Virus record (IMG/VR): IMGVR_UViG_3300025381_000009
Origin: a virus
Reading direction: 5' to 3' (one strand)
DNA: 64,000 nt
Shown here: piece after piece, positions 1 through 6,975 of the stretch
Layout of the letters: each line of letters begins with the position of its first letter
Position numbering within the stretch: the first letter of the stretch is position 1
Program-made: the position numbers and the translations under genes
Notes under the pieces: generated by a model
Told to the model about the DNA's origin: nothing
What the model saw: only the letters and a program-made list of their open reading frames with translations
Databases searched by the model: none

Positions 1-65
1 GGCTTGCTCTGATCAATCAGAAAGTCAACGGCTTCTTGTGGGTCAATTTGTTTTGGCTTTTTCAT
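1..65 (-). CDS. 5' fragment of conserved phage protein (homologue of 55798..56145), truncated by window edge
   Basis: Reads MKKPKQIDPQEAVDFLIDQSK, matching MKKRKLIDPQEAVDFLIEQSK of 55798..56145; ATG overlaps the stop of 62..463. Confidence 0.8.
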   Translation of the reverse strand, partial: MKKPKQIDPQEAVDFLIDQSK

Positions 66-463
66 TCATTTCCTTCGGTTGTTAATTCTTCAGTTCTGTG
101 TTGAGTGCAGGCTTTACCGCAGTACTCACTCCAATTCTTTTGTGTTGTAACTTTCGATCCACATCTGGTTATGTAGTGAAAGTTGTTATCATAAAAACGA
201 TATACCTTACATCCATCAAATTCTTGGATTATTTGTGGTTTATGCCATTCAGCAAGTTGCTGTTCCGATGGTGCTAATAAATTAACAAGACCAATGGCAC
301 CAACAATAAATGCAACAATCACACCCAATCCAATAATCAGATGTTCATTTCTCTCGAAAAATGTTGGGGGTTTATAGGGTGGGTTTGTGTATTCATGGAA
401 TTTAACGTGAGGATAAATATTCCTTACATCAACAAATCCACTTGCATATCTTTCTTTATTCAT
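62..463 (-). CDS. Hypothetical membrane protein, copy A only
   Basis: 133 aa, one hydrophobic segment (LIIGLGVIVAFIVGAIGLVNLL), coupled to both neighbours; absent at the equivalent position in copy B. Confidence 0.7.
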   Translation of the reverse strand: MNKERYASGFVDVRNIYPHVKFHEYTNPPYKPPTFFERNEHLIIGLGVIVAFIVGAIGLVNLLAPSEQQLAEWHKPQIIQEFDGCKVYRFYDNNFHYITRCGSKVTTQKNWSEYCGKACTQHRTEELTTEGNE

Positions 464-864
464 CTAACTCTCCTGTATCTTGGACCATCAGGAAATAAAC
501 TAGGATATTGTTCGTGATCCATAGCGCCTGGTCTTCCAGTAAAAGCCTTTAGCTCTTTCCCGTCATAAGATCCTACAAACCGATCAATCTTTTCTATCCT
601 GGGCATATGGCGCTTTACAACTCCCAATTCCCTGTACTTCTCCTCACCCTTTGGCGTTACCCTCAAAAGGGAAAAGAAGTTATTTGTTTCCCCTCTGACA
701 ATATATCCATCCGATAACAATGGAGTGATGATGAATTCCTCAAGCCTGAGTATTGACTGGGTATAGTTAATCTCTTTTCTAAGCTCTTGGGCTGTCAAGC
801 TTGATCTATTGATTCGCTCAAGTGCTTGGTGAATCTTGCTACCCGCCGTGTATTTACTGATCAT
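460..864 (-). CDS. Conserved hypothetical phage protein
   Basis: Homologue at 56142..56546 (MISKYT.GSKIH.ALERI ... GRPG.MDH..YPSL). Confidence 0.8.
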   Translation of the reverse strand: MISKYTAGSKIHQALERINRSSLTAQELRKEINYTQSILRLEEFIITPLLSDGYIVRGETNNFFSLLRVTPKGEEKYRELGVVKRHMPRIEKIDRFVGSYDGKELKAFTGRPGAMDHEQYPSLFPDGPRYRRVR

Positions 865-1216
865 CCTGTTGTATCTCCACTATTATCTTTCCTGGTTTGT
901 CCCCGTGCTCCCAATTGATTTCAATCGGTCTGAAGAACTTGTCGTTAACCTGTAAAGCATCTGCCATACCATCCAATAATGATTTACTCGCCGCCAAGCA
1001 ATTATCAATATCACGATGTCTCTTATCTGGCATCACATACATTAACTTGAGCTTAATGCTACCACGATTCCAAGTCCAATTTCCTTTTGCCTGCTTTGTT
1101 AAATAAAATCCCGTCTCACGACATTCGCCCTTCAACTTGTAAAGCTTAGCCCATGCGTGACCATGCATCCTATTTGGAAATAGTTCTTTTGGTGGGAAGG
1201 GTAGTTCAACTCTCAT
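854..1216 (-). CDS. rusA: RusA-like Holliday junction resolvase
   Basis: PDKRHRDIDNCLAASKSLLDG..DAL..ND motif. Start reassigned to ATG at 1216 (MRVELPFPP) by comparison with copy B 56539..56898. Confidence 0.8.
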   Translation of the reverse strand: MRVELPFPPKELFPNRMHGHAWAKLYKLKGECRETGFYLTKQAKGNWTWNRGSIKLKLMYVMPDKRHRDIDNCLAASKSLLDGMADALQVNDKFFRPIEINWEHGDKPGKIIVEIQQDDQ

Positions 1217-2501
1217 CTTCAACCATCTGTATTCTTTTACCAATCCAAGCCATGACGGGTACAGCCATTGAATTGCCAAGCGCTTTATATCTTGGACCAT
1301 CGGGTGTGTCTTTTCCTTTTGGCTTGATGTCGGTGTAGTTATCTGAAAATCCTTGTAATCTCTCGCATTCAACTGGGGTCAGCTTACGTACTGCCATGTT
1401 ATTTAGGACTGCGGCGCTTTGGCTACACGTTAATCCATGATTGACATCAAGTGTATTCATCTCATCTGGTCTTGCATTTGAATTAAATGCCTGAACAATA
1501 CCTAGTCCACCTTGATTCTTACTTGGATCAGGCACTGTAGTATCTAAAGTTTTGGACAATTCAACCTGCCTGCATCCGCTATCTGGATTTTTAGACTTCA
1601 TGCTATTGCTTGCAAGACTATCAAAAGAATATGCAACTCCATGCTGATCTGTGCTATTAAGAGTAAATGATATGTCTTCATTTATTCCTAAACCATTTGC
1701 ATTTTGTGATGTTGAACCTGAACCTTGAAGTGAATAAGAAACCATAGGACTATTTCCACCGCCAGTTCCCATGAATGCTTGCAAAGTGTTGCTCACTCCA
1801 TCATACAAACGAACGCCATCTCTACGGCTATTCTCAAATGCAATCATGTTGAAGCCATCTGCTCTGCTCCATTCGTGACTGGTTGTTTGGAGGCAGTTAG
1901 CAAGGCTTGGTACAAATTCTCTGGTAGTTTCTTGCCTCTTGCTTCTGCTCGGCGGAGTATCCCTGCGCAAGCTTTCTGGCTCAAAAAGAACCTTTGCGGC
2001 AGATTCCCAGTCTCCAAGACATCCGACAACAAACACACGTCTGCGTCGCTGGGCCACTCCGAAGTACTGAGCGTCAAGGACTCTGTAGGCCCACCCATAC
2101 CCGAGTTCTGCCACCGCCCCGAGGAAGGAACCAAAGTCCCGTCCTCCCGCCGAACTGAGGACACCTGGCACGTTTTCCCAGACAAACCATTTGGGCTTAA
2201 ATTTATCAAGAAGTCCACAATAGGTGAGCATGAGGTTTCCTCTTGGGTCTTCAAGTCCTTTTCTAAGTCCTGCGACACTGAATGATTGACATGGGGTTCC
2301 TCCGACCAAAAGCTCAATTGTTCCAAGATTCCACTCCTTATATTTAGTCATGTCACCAAAATTAGTGACGTTTGGATAATGATGTTTTAAAACTTCTGAT
2401 GGGAATTTCTCAATCTCACTAAATCCTGCCGCTTCCCAACCTAACGAATGCCAAGCAACTGTCGCCGCTTCGATACCACTACATACACTTAAATATTTCA
2501 A
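1206..2501 (-). CDS. dcm: DNA (cytosine-5)-methyltransferase
   Basis: Motif I (SVCSGIEA), IV (GGTPCQSFS), VI (ENVPG), VIII (QRRRRVF), IX (RKLTPVECERLQGF), X (YKALGNSMAVPV); TTG start with AGGAG RBS. Confidence 0.95.
   Translation of the reverse strand: MKYLSVCSGIEAATVAWHSLGWEAAGFSEIEKFPSEVLKHHYPNVTNFGDMTKYKEWNLGTIELLVGGTPCQSFSVAGLRKGLEDPRGNLMLTYCGLLDKFKPKWFVWENVPGVLSSAGGRDFGSFLGAVAELGYGWAYRVLDAQYFGVAQRRRRVFVVGCLGDWESAAKVLFEPESLRRDTPPSRSKRQETTREFVPSLANCLQTTSHEWSRADGFNMIAFENSRRDGVRLYDGVSNTLQAFMGTGGGNSPMVSYSLQGSGSTSQNANGLGINEDISFTLNSTDQHGVAYSFDSLASNSMKSKNPDSGCRQVELSKTLDTTVPDPSKNQGGLGIVQAFNSNARPDEMNTLDVNHGLTCSQSAAVLNNMAVRKLTPVECERLQGFSDNYTDIKPKGKDTPDGPRYKALGNSMAVPVMAWIGKRIQMVEDES
1844..2326 (-). 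CDS. Out-of-frame ORF nested in the methyltransferase gene; resembles the beta polypeptide of heterodimeric M.EcoHK31I-type MTases
   Basis: 160-aa same-strand alternative frame with LSDVLETGNLPQRFFLSQKACAGILRRAEARGKKLP; resemblance recalled, not searched. Confidence 0.5.
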   Translation of the reverse strand: MEQLSFWSEEPHVNHSVSQDLEKDLKTQEETSCSPIVDFLINLSPNGLSGKTCQVSSVRREDGTLVPSSGRWQNSGMGGPTESLTLSTSEWPSDADVCLLSDVLETGNLPQRFFLSQKACAGILRRAEARGKKLPENLYQALLTASKQPVTNGAEQMAST

Positions 2502-2517
2502 TTACAACTCCTATGGA

Positions 2518-2540
2518 TTAACTTTGAGTTAATGATACCA
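2518..2540 (-). promoter_or_regulatory. Extended -10 promoter (TGGTATCAT) followed by TTAACT-N3-AGTTAA palindrome upstream of the MTase
   Basis: TGnTATCAT at 2540-2532 (minus); palindrome ttaact-ttg-agttaa at 2518-2532; RBS directly downstream. Confidence 0.6.
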
Positions 2541-2542
2541 CA

Positions 2543-3496
2543 TCAAAATGCTGTCCTAAATCTCATGGGGTTCATCCCTTGCTCTTCAACATATTGCTGT
2601 GAGTCTTTGTGGTACCAGAGGTTGAATGATGGCTCATCTTCCCCGTTCCTTTGCTTACGGCAGAGAATCATTGCATCTGGATCTGATTGTGCGGCGCTCA
2701 GTGGTCCTTTATTCTTTAAGTCGTCCTCTTTTCTTTTGTTCCTCCAAACGAGCATGATGTTGTCAGGTTGGTCGGTGATCGAGCCTGAACCCTTGTTGTC
2801 GTGCTTATCGGGCAACTCGTACTCATCCTTGGGCTTACGCAGGTGGTGGACAACATGGATGTGACCTGCATAATCCCTTGCCAGTCCACAGCATCTGTCG
2901 ATAAAGTATTTCTGCCCGTTGTAGTCATCCTCACCCATCACGCACTTCATCAGCGAGTCCACAAATATGTGCTGAATCTTTAGCTCCTCAAAGCAATACT
3001 TGATCATTCCAAGTACAGTATCGGGCTTTACCGAGCCTTGTTGGTCATAGAACCACATACCCTGATCCAACCATACCCCAAACTCGTTATAAAGCTGTTT
3101 GAGGGCTTCTAATCCCTCGGGGTTCATAAACTCCTTGGACGTTGGATTCATGCCAATGTACTGCCTAGCCATGCGCTTCATGGTCGTCACAGGCTTCATC
3201 TCAAAGCTTGCGATACAGACCCTTTGCTGTTGTTGGATCAGCCCAAGTGCCACCTGGGAGGTCACCATAGACTTCCCGTGCCCGTTCTGCCCTGCCCAAA
3301 TCGTTACCTCTCCCTCCCTGAAGTGAAAGAATGGTGCTGTCTTCGCCCAAGGTAGGGTGACTTTCTTACCGTCTTTGTGCTCCTCAAGGTCTAGGATCAA
3401 GTCTTGGATGTAGGATTTGGCGGGATGTACCCTCGCCTGCATCTCGGTGGCTTGCAGATAAGCCTCAAAATCTACGTCATCAGGCAGTGTGTTCAT
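2543..3496 (-). CDS. DnaB/T7 gp4-like SF4 replicative helicase (no primase domain)
   Basis: Walker A WAGQNGHGKS, FVDSLMK, VHHLRK, KGSGSITD, KQRNG; start set at MNTLPDD by comparison with copy B. Confidence 0.9.
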   Translation of the reverse strand: MNTLPDDVDFEAYLQATEMQARVHPAKSYIQDLILDLEEHKDGKKVTLPWAKTAPFFHFREGEVTIWAGQNGHGKSMVTSQVALGLIQQQQRVCIASFEMKPVTTMKRMARQYIGMNPTSKEFMNPEGLEALKQLYNEFGVWLDQGMWFYDQQGSVKPDTVLGMIKYCFEELKIQHIFVDSLMKCVMGEDDYNGQKYFIDRCCGLARDYAGHIHVVHHLRKPKDEYELPDKHDNKGSGSITDQPDNIMLVWRNKRKEDDLKNKGPLSAAQSDPDAMILCRKQRNGEDEPSFNLWYHKDSQQYVEEQGMNPMRFRTAF

Positions 3497-3845
3497 TTGC
3501 TTGCTCCAATTCATCAAATCCAGTTCTTGAGTCGTATATACGGTTGTAGTAGTGCTTTTCTCTGATTTCGCCCTGCCAAGTTACGCTGATGAAGTCTGCT
3601 TTTGCCTTCAGCAAGGCTTCAAACAGGGCTACAGCACGTTCTTTTGTACTGGCATAGGCAAAGACATACATCCCCATCAAAAAGCGCAGGTCGATGCGAT
3701 CTAGGGCTTTTTCGTCATAGACCGTGATCTCGGGGGAGTGATCCTCCTCAACCCAGTTTGGCAGGTAGGGTTGGTCGTAAATAAAGGCCAGAGTTGGGTG
3801 GATGTTGCGCTTACGCAGGTCGATTAGTGCTTGGTGTCCTTTCAT
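3480..3845 (-). CDS. Conserved hypothetical protein between initiator and helicase
   Basis: Close homologue at 57832..58197; translationally coupled. Confidence 0.8.
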   Translation of the reverse strand: MKGHQALIDLRKRNIHPTLAFIYDQPYLPNWVEEDHSPEITVYDEKALDRIDLRFLMGMYVFAYASTKERAVALFEALLKAKADFISVTWQGEIREKHYYNRIYDSRTGFDELEQANEHTA

Positions 3846-4519
3846 ACAGCCCCCGCAAAAATGTTTTTCTTTTCTGGCACAGATACCTCATCTTCCCAAC
3901 GTCTATTGTTCAGCCAAGTGGATGGGTGAGGAATAAATTTACCGTTTTCTCTTGTCCATTGGTCTGATCTGCACTGTGCTTCTAATCCAACAAGCATGGT
4001 ATTTAGAAGTTGTTGATCAGGATTTATTTTCTTAAAAGATGCTTGCGCTTTAGCCTTATCTATTTTTTTAGGATAAGTCTTCCAGAACATATCAAAAAAG
4101 GTATTACTCTGGTTACTGGTTACTGGTTCTTGGTTATTGGTTAGTGGTTTATGGTTAGGTGGAGCTTCGTGCACGGTTCGTGTACGCTTCGTTCCTTTTT
4201 CTCTACGCTTCGCCTCTCTCTCAATAGCGATCCGTTTATTTATTACGGAGTTGTTATGGTAATTTTCAAGCTCTTCACGTATTCTGTTCTGAACGTACTT
4301 ATCGCCCTCAAGTAAGAAAAACTTCTTAAGAACAAACTCAACAGCCTCTATTTCCTGTTGATTAGAAGCCCACGTCCATTCAATAGCTTGATCTAGCGTG
4401 GGGAACTGTTCACGGTCATAACACGCATCGAGAAGAAGCGTGTACGCTCCGTGTTGTAGCATGGTCAAACGACCTGCTTTCTTGGCATAATCGCCAATAT
4501 TTTTTTTGTAGTAATGCAT
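3842..4519 (-). CDS. Replication initiator, DUF1376/YdaU-like N-terminus
   Basis: MHYYKKNIGDY N-terminus, internal iterons, C-terminal FWKTYPKK...PHPSTWLNNRRWEDE; position between cro and helicase. Confidence 0.8.
   Translation of the reverse strand: MHYYKKNIGDYAKKAGRLTMLQHGAYTLLLDACYDREQFPTLDQAIEWTWASNQQEIEAVEFVLKKFFLLEGDKYVQNRIREELENYHNNSVINKRIAIEREAKRREKGTKRTRTVHEAPPNHKPLTNNQEPVTSNQSNTFFDMFWKTYPKKIDKAKAQASFKKINPDQQLLNTMLVGLEAQCRSDQWTRENGKFIPHPSTWLNNRRWEDEVSVPEKKNIFAGAV
4110..4194. repeat. Probable replication origin iterons (copy A)
   Basis: Seven tandem 7-mers TGGTT(A/C/T)N at 4110-4158, then 11-bp-period TTCGTG(C/T)ACG repeats at 4166-4194, inside the initiator gene as in lambdoid ori. 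Confidence 0.65.
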
Positions 4520-4554
4520 ATATTTTCAGACCCGTAATGTAGACCCTGTGAAAG

Positions 4555-4621
4555 GAAACCTCGGCAGGAGGGGTCTGTTCTCTTTTCGGTATGCTCATGA
4601 CTTCATACCTAGCCGTGTTTC
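4555..4621 (-). ncRNA. C4/P4-CI-like structured antisense RNA (copy A)
   Basis: Minus strand folds as outer stem GAAAC/GUUUC + CGGCUAG/CUGCCG, hairpin GGUAUG/CAUACC, GAAAA linker, hairpin GAG-AACAGACCC-CUC; nearly identical in copy B apart from the last loop. Confidence 0.7.
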
Positions 4622-4627
4622 GCTAAA

Positions 4628-4831
4628 CTATACCATAAAAATATCAGGTCTAAGAACCTCTCTTTTCACCAGTCCTTGGGTAGCCTCTTCTATCTTGATG
4701 GATAGGGCAGGAGAGGGCTTACGATGCCCGTGGATGAGCAAAGATAACCAGGTGGCAGTTACCCCCAGGTATTCAGCCATCTCCACTATAGCGCCTTTTG
4801 GCTCGTCTTTAAAGTATTCATTCAATGTCAT
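4628..4831 (-). CDS. Cro/YdaS-like HTH regulator
   Basis: 67 aa, MAEYLGVTATWLSLLIHGHRKPSPALSIKIEEATQGLV...LRPDIF; homologue 58939..59139. Confidence 0.85.
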   Translation of the reverse strand: MTLNEYFKDEPKGAIVEMAEYLGVTATWLSLLIHGHRKPSPALSIKIEEATQGLVKREVLRPDIFMV

Positions 4832-5058
4832 TATTGTCCCCTATTAGCAATAATTATTTTCATAGTTTGCTCTTGTGCTTCATACAAAGGAGCCGCACAA
4901 TCTTTGCATAGTTGAGCATTTATCCCCAACCAATTAAACGAAAATTGTCTATGTGGTCTTGGAAATTCCATTCCAGGATAGTCACTGCATTCATAAACTT
5001 CTGTATCAAGCGTTTTCTTGCATCCATCACAAATATGCTCATAGGTTAGCTTAATCAT
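4831..5058 (-). CDS. Small CxxC...CxxC protein (cassette), paralogue of 52979..53209
   Basis: HICDGC ... LCKDCA; ends ANRGQ in the shared junction. Confidence 0.75.
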   Translation of the reverse strand: MIKLTYEHICDGCKKTLDTEVYECSDYPGMEFPRPHRQFSFNWLGINAQLCKDCAAPLYEAQEQTMKIIIANRGQ

Positions 5059-5215
5059 TCTTGCCCTCCATGGGTCTATTAAACATTGCCAGTCCTAATT
5101 GCCCAAGCATAACTGCCTTTAACTCTTCTCTTTCTTCTTCTGGATAATCAAGAGCAACCTCTTCTATGATTTTTAAAATGTCATTAGCCATTTGCAATAT
5201 TGGTATTGCACTCAT
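5051..5215 (-). CDS. 54-aa cassette ORF missing from the supplied track
   Basis: MSAIPILQMANDILKIIEEVALDYPEEEREELKAVMLGQLGLAMFNRPMEGKND; ATGA-type coupling at both ends. Confidence 0.7.
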   Translation of the reverse strand: MSAIPILQMANDILKIIEEVALDYPEEEREELKAVMLGQLGLAMFNRPMEGKND

Positions 5216-5433
5216 TCTTGTCCCCTTGCTCTAATTGCTTCAGCGCACAAATCTGCGGCATTTGAATATCTACCGTTGTCATACGCATCACACACCTTTG
5301 CACACTCCTCACGTTCTTTTTTTGCTATTAGTTTGGCAAAATAAAAAAACTGAGGTAAATTAATTGGGTCTTCCTTTTTAGATATTGGAAAACCAGAATC
5401 AATAGCCATCTCAATTATTTCTTCTTCAGTCAT
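5212..5433 (-). CDS. EREECAK...IRARGQE family mini-protein (cassette)
   Basis: Shares motifs with 53394..53585, 53582..53806 and 53996..54196. Confidence 0.75.
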   Translation of the reverse strand: MTEEEIIEMAIDSGFPISKKEDPINLPQFFYFAKLIAKKEREECAKVCDAYDNGRYSNAADLCAEAIRARGQE

Positions 5434-5680
5434 TCTTCTTCATCCTATTCTTAATTGCTTGAGACAACTCCTCTTGGCTCCACTCCATCGCCAAGTCAGC
5501 GCAAGCCTCCCTCTCAATAGATATAGCCTTCCTAGTCGTTTCAATAGCTATAGCCATGATCTCAGCCTTGGCTACGGTCAAAGCATCATCAAACTCCGTC
5601 TGGGTGAATAACTTCATAGCCCCAGAGCTACCGAGCAGTTGACGGGCGAGTGGGCTGAGTTCTGGTTCTTTGCGTTGCAT
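5426..5680 (-). CDS. Hypothetical protein (EREAC motif)
   Basis: 84 aa, first ORF after the leftward promoter; ISIEREACADLA. Confidence 0.7.
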   Translation of the reverse strand: MQRKEPELSPLARQLLGSSGAMKLFTQTEFDDALTVAKAEIMAIAIETTRKAISIEREACADLAMEWSQEELSQAIKNRMKKND

Positions 5681-5704
5681 AGTGTTCCTTTGTGTTCTGC
5701 TGTG

Positions 5705-5769
5705 ATTATACGTTAACTTTGTGTTAAATATACCACAGTTAACTTATAGTTAAAAAACTATGCTACATT
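5705..5769. promoter_or_regulatory. Divergent promoter region (copy A) with two TTAACT-N3-(A/T)GTTAA palindromes
   Basis: Leftward TATAAT at 5710-5705; palindromes at 5713-5727 and 5739-5753; rightward extended -10 TGCTACATT at 5761-5769 (TGGTACATT in copy B). Confidence 0.65.
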
Positions 5770-5804
5770 ATCTGTACCGCATAGCGGGTTTTTAAAGGAA
5801 TCAA

Positions 5805-6032
5805 ATGAAAGTTTATACAACAACCAAATCGGGCATTCAGATAGGATGCTATTACGAACCTCCTCTACGTAACAATATGTCAGAGGATGATGAACTGATC
5901 CAACGAGCACTGCTTGGCATCAGAGAACCCCAAGACTTTTGGACAATGCTTGACTGGTTTACCTACTCGGTACTGGTATCTGTACTTTTGTCTGTTGTTA
6001 TTTCTTACTTTGCTGTAACAGGTGACGCATGA
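5805..6032 (+). CDS. Small membrane-anchored early protein
   Basis: TTKSGIQIG...DDELIQRALLG plus C-terminal TM; homologue 59264..59467; AAGGA RBS. Confidence 0.7.
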   Translation: MKVYTTTKSGIQIGCYYEPPLRNNMSEDDELIQRALLGIREPQDFWTMLDWFTYSVLVSVLLSVVISYFAVTGDA

Positions 6033-6340
6033 ATATATTCAAACAAATTATGACTCAATTTAATACCTCGGGTGGGGTTCGTTTAACAGATCCAGAAACT
6101 TCTGTAGATGCGGCGCTATCCGTAGATGCCACCAAGATGGAACAAATCGTTTTAGATACGATTAAAAGCTTCCCAAATGGTTGCATCAGTGAAGAAGTAG
6201 AAAATGCTCTGCCTCACATTAGAGCCTCTTCTATAACCCCACGCTATCGTCCTCTTATGAAGAAGGGATTAATAGTAGATACAGGAGAGAAACGACCAGG
6301 TTTCTCAGGACGTAATCAAAGAGTAATGAGGGCAGTATGA
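6029..6340 (+). CDS. Winged-HTH-like hypothetical protein
   Basis: RLTDPETS..AA ... SSITPRY..L ... SGRNQRV; similar to 54604..54918. Confidence 0.6.
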   Translation: MNIFKQIMTQFNTSGGVRLTDPETSVDAALSVDATKMEQIVLDTIKSFPNGCISEEVENALPHIRASSITPRYRPLMKKGLIVDTGEKRPGFSGRNQRVMRAV

Positions 6341-6627
6341 AACCACATAAACACGCAGAACTAATCAAGGCATGGGCAGATGGTGCTCAGATTCAATGTT
6401 TTGATTGCAATCATGGTTGGAAAGATTTAGGAGAGTATTTTGTTTGGGCTAATGATTACCAGTACAGAATAAAACCAGAGCCTAAGCCTGATTATGTGCA
6501 GTATGTATTTTTTCATTTCAATTGGGGTGTAAATATATTAAAAGAATATCCATTCAGTGAGGCAAATCTCAAGCTTACATTTGATGGAGAATCATGCAAA
6601 CTTAAATCAGCAGAGGTGCTTAAATGA
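6337..6627 (+). CDS. Hypothetical phage protein (KPHKHAELIKAWADG family)
   Basis: Coupled ORF; YRIKPEPKPD motif common in phage accessory proteins. Confidence 0.7.
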   Translation: MKPHKHAELIKAWADGAQIQCFDCNHGWKDLGEYFVWANDYQYRIKPEPKPDYVQYVFFHFNWGVNILKEYPFSEANLKLTFDGESCKLKSAEVLK

Positions 6628-6812
6628 AAGCATTTCCAAAACTAAATGAAAAACAACCCTCTTACCAAACTGGAATGGACTTGAGGGATTGGTTTGCAGG
6701 TTTGGCTATGGAAGGAATTATTTATGAGGGAGTTACTCCAGAACAAACAGCTAAGGCCGCATACCGAATGGCAGATGCAATGATGAAAGAAAGGGAGAAT
6801 AAAGATGAATGA
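6624..6812 (+). CDS. Hypothetical phage protein (LRDWFAGLAM family)
   Basis: Paralogue of 53206..53397 (MTLRDYFAAKAM). Confidence 0.75.
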   Translation: MKAFPKLNEKQPSYQTGMDLRDWFAGLAMEGIIYEGVTPEQTAKAAYRMADAMMKERENKDE

Positions 6813-6975
6813 CAGAATGATGGAAGAGTGGGAAGATTTTAAAAGAAGCAAACAAGAACTGGAGGAATATGACCTATACGTAATGATCGAAGAGTACAAA
6901 AAATTGACACCTAAACAGAAAATTATTTACAACAAATTAATGGAAGAAACAAATGAGCCTATACGCAAGCAGTAA
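6805..6975 (+). CDS. 56-aa acidic protein missing from the track
   Basis: MNDRMMEEWEDFKRSKQELEEYDLYVMIEEYKKLTPKQKIIYNKL; conserved at 59478..59630. Confidence 0.75.
   Translation: MNDRMMEEWEDFKRSKQELEEYDLYVMIEEYKKLTPKQKIIYNKLMEETNEPIRKQ

Noticed and set aside
1217-1372. N-terminal extension of RusA in the ORF track (854..1372)
   Set aside because: It overlaps the MTase 3' end, and copy B starts at the equivalent of 1216.
1779-2285. 168-aa plus-strand ORF
   Set aside because: Antisense to two overlapping minus-strand frames, with no RBS or recognisable motif; a likely shadow.
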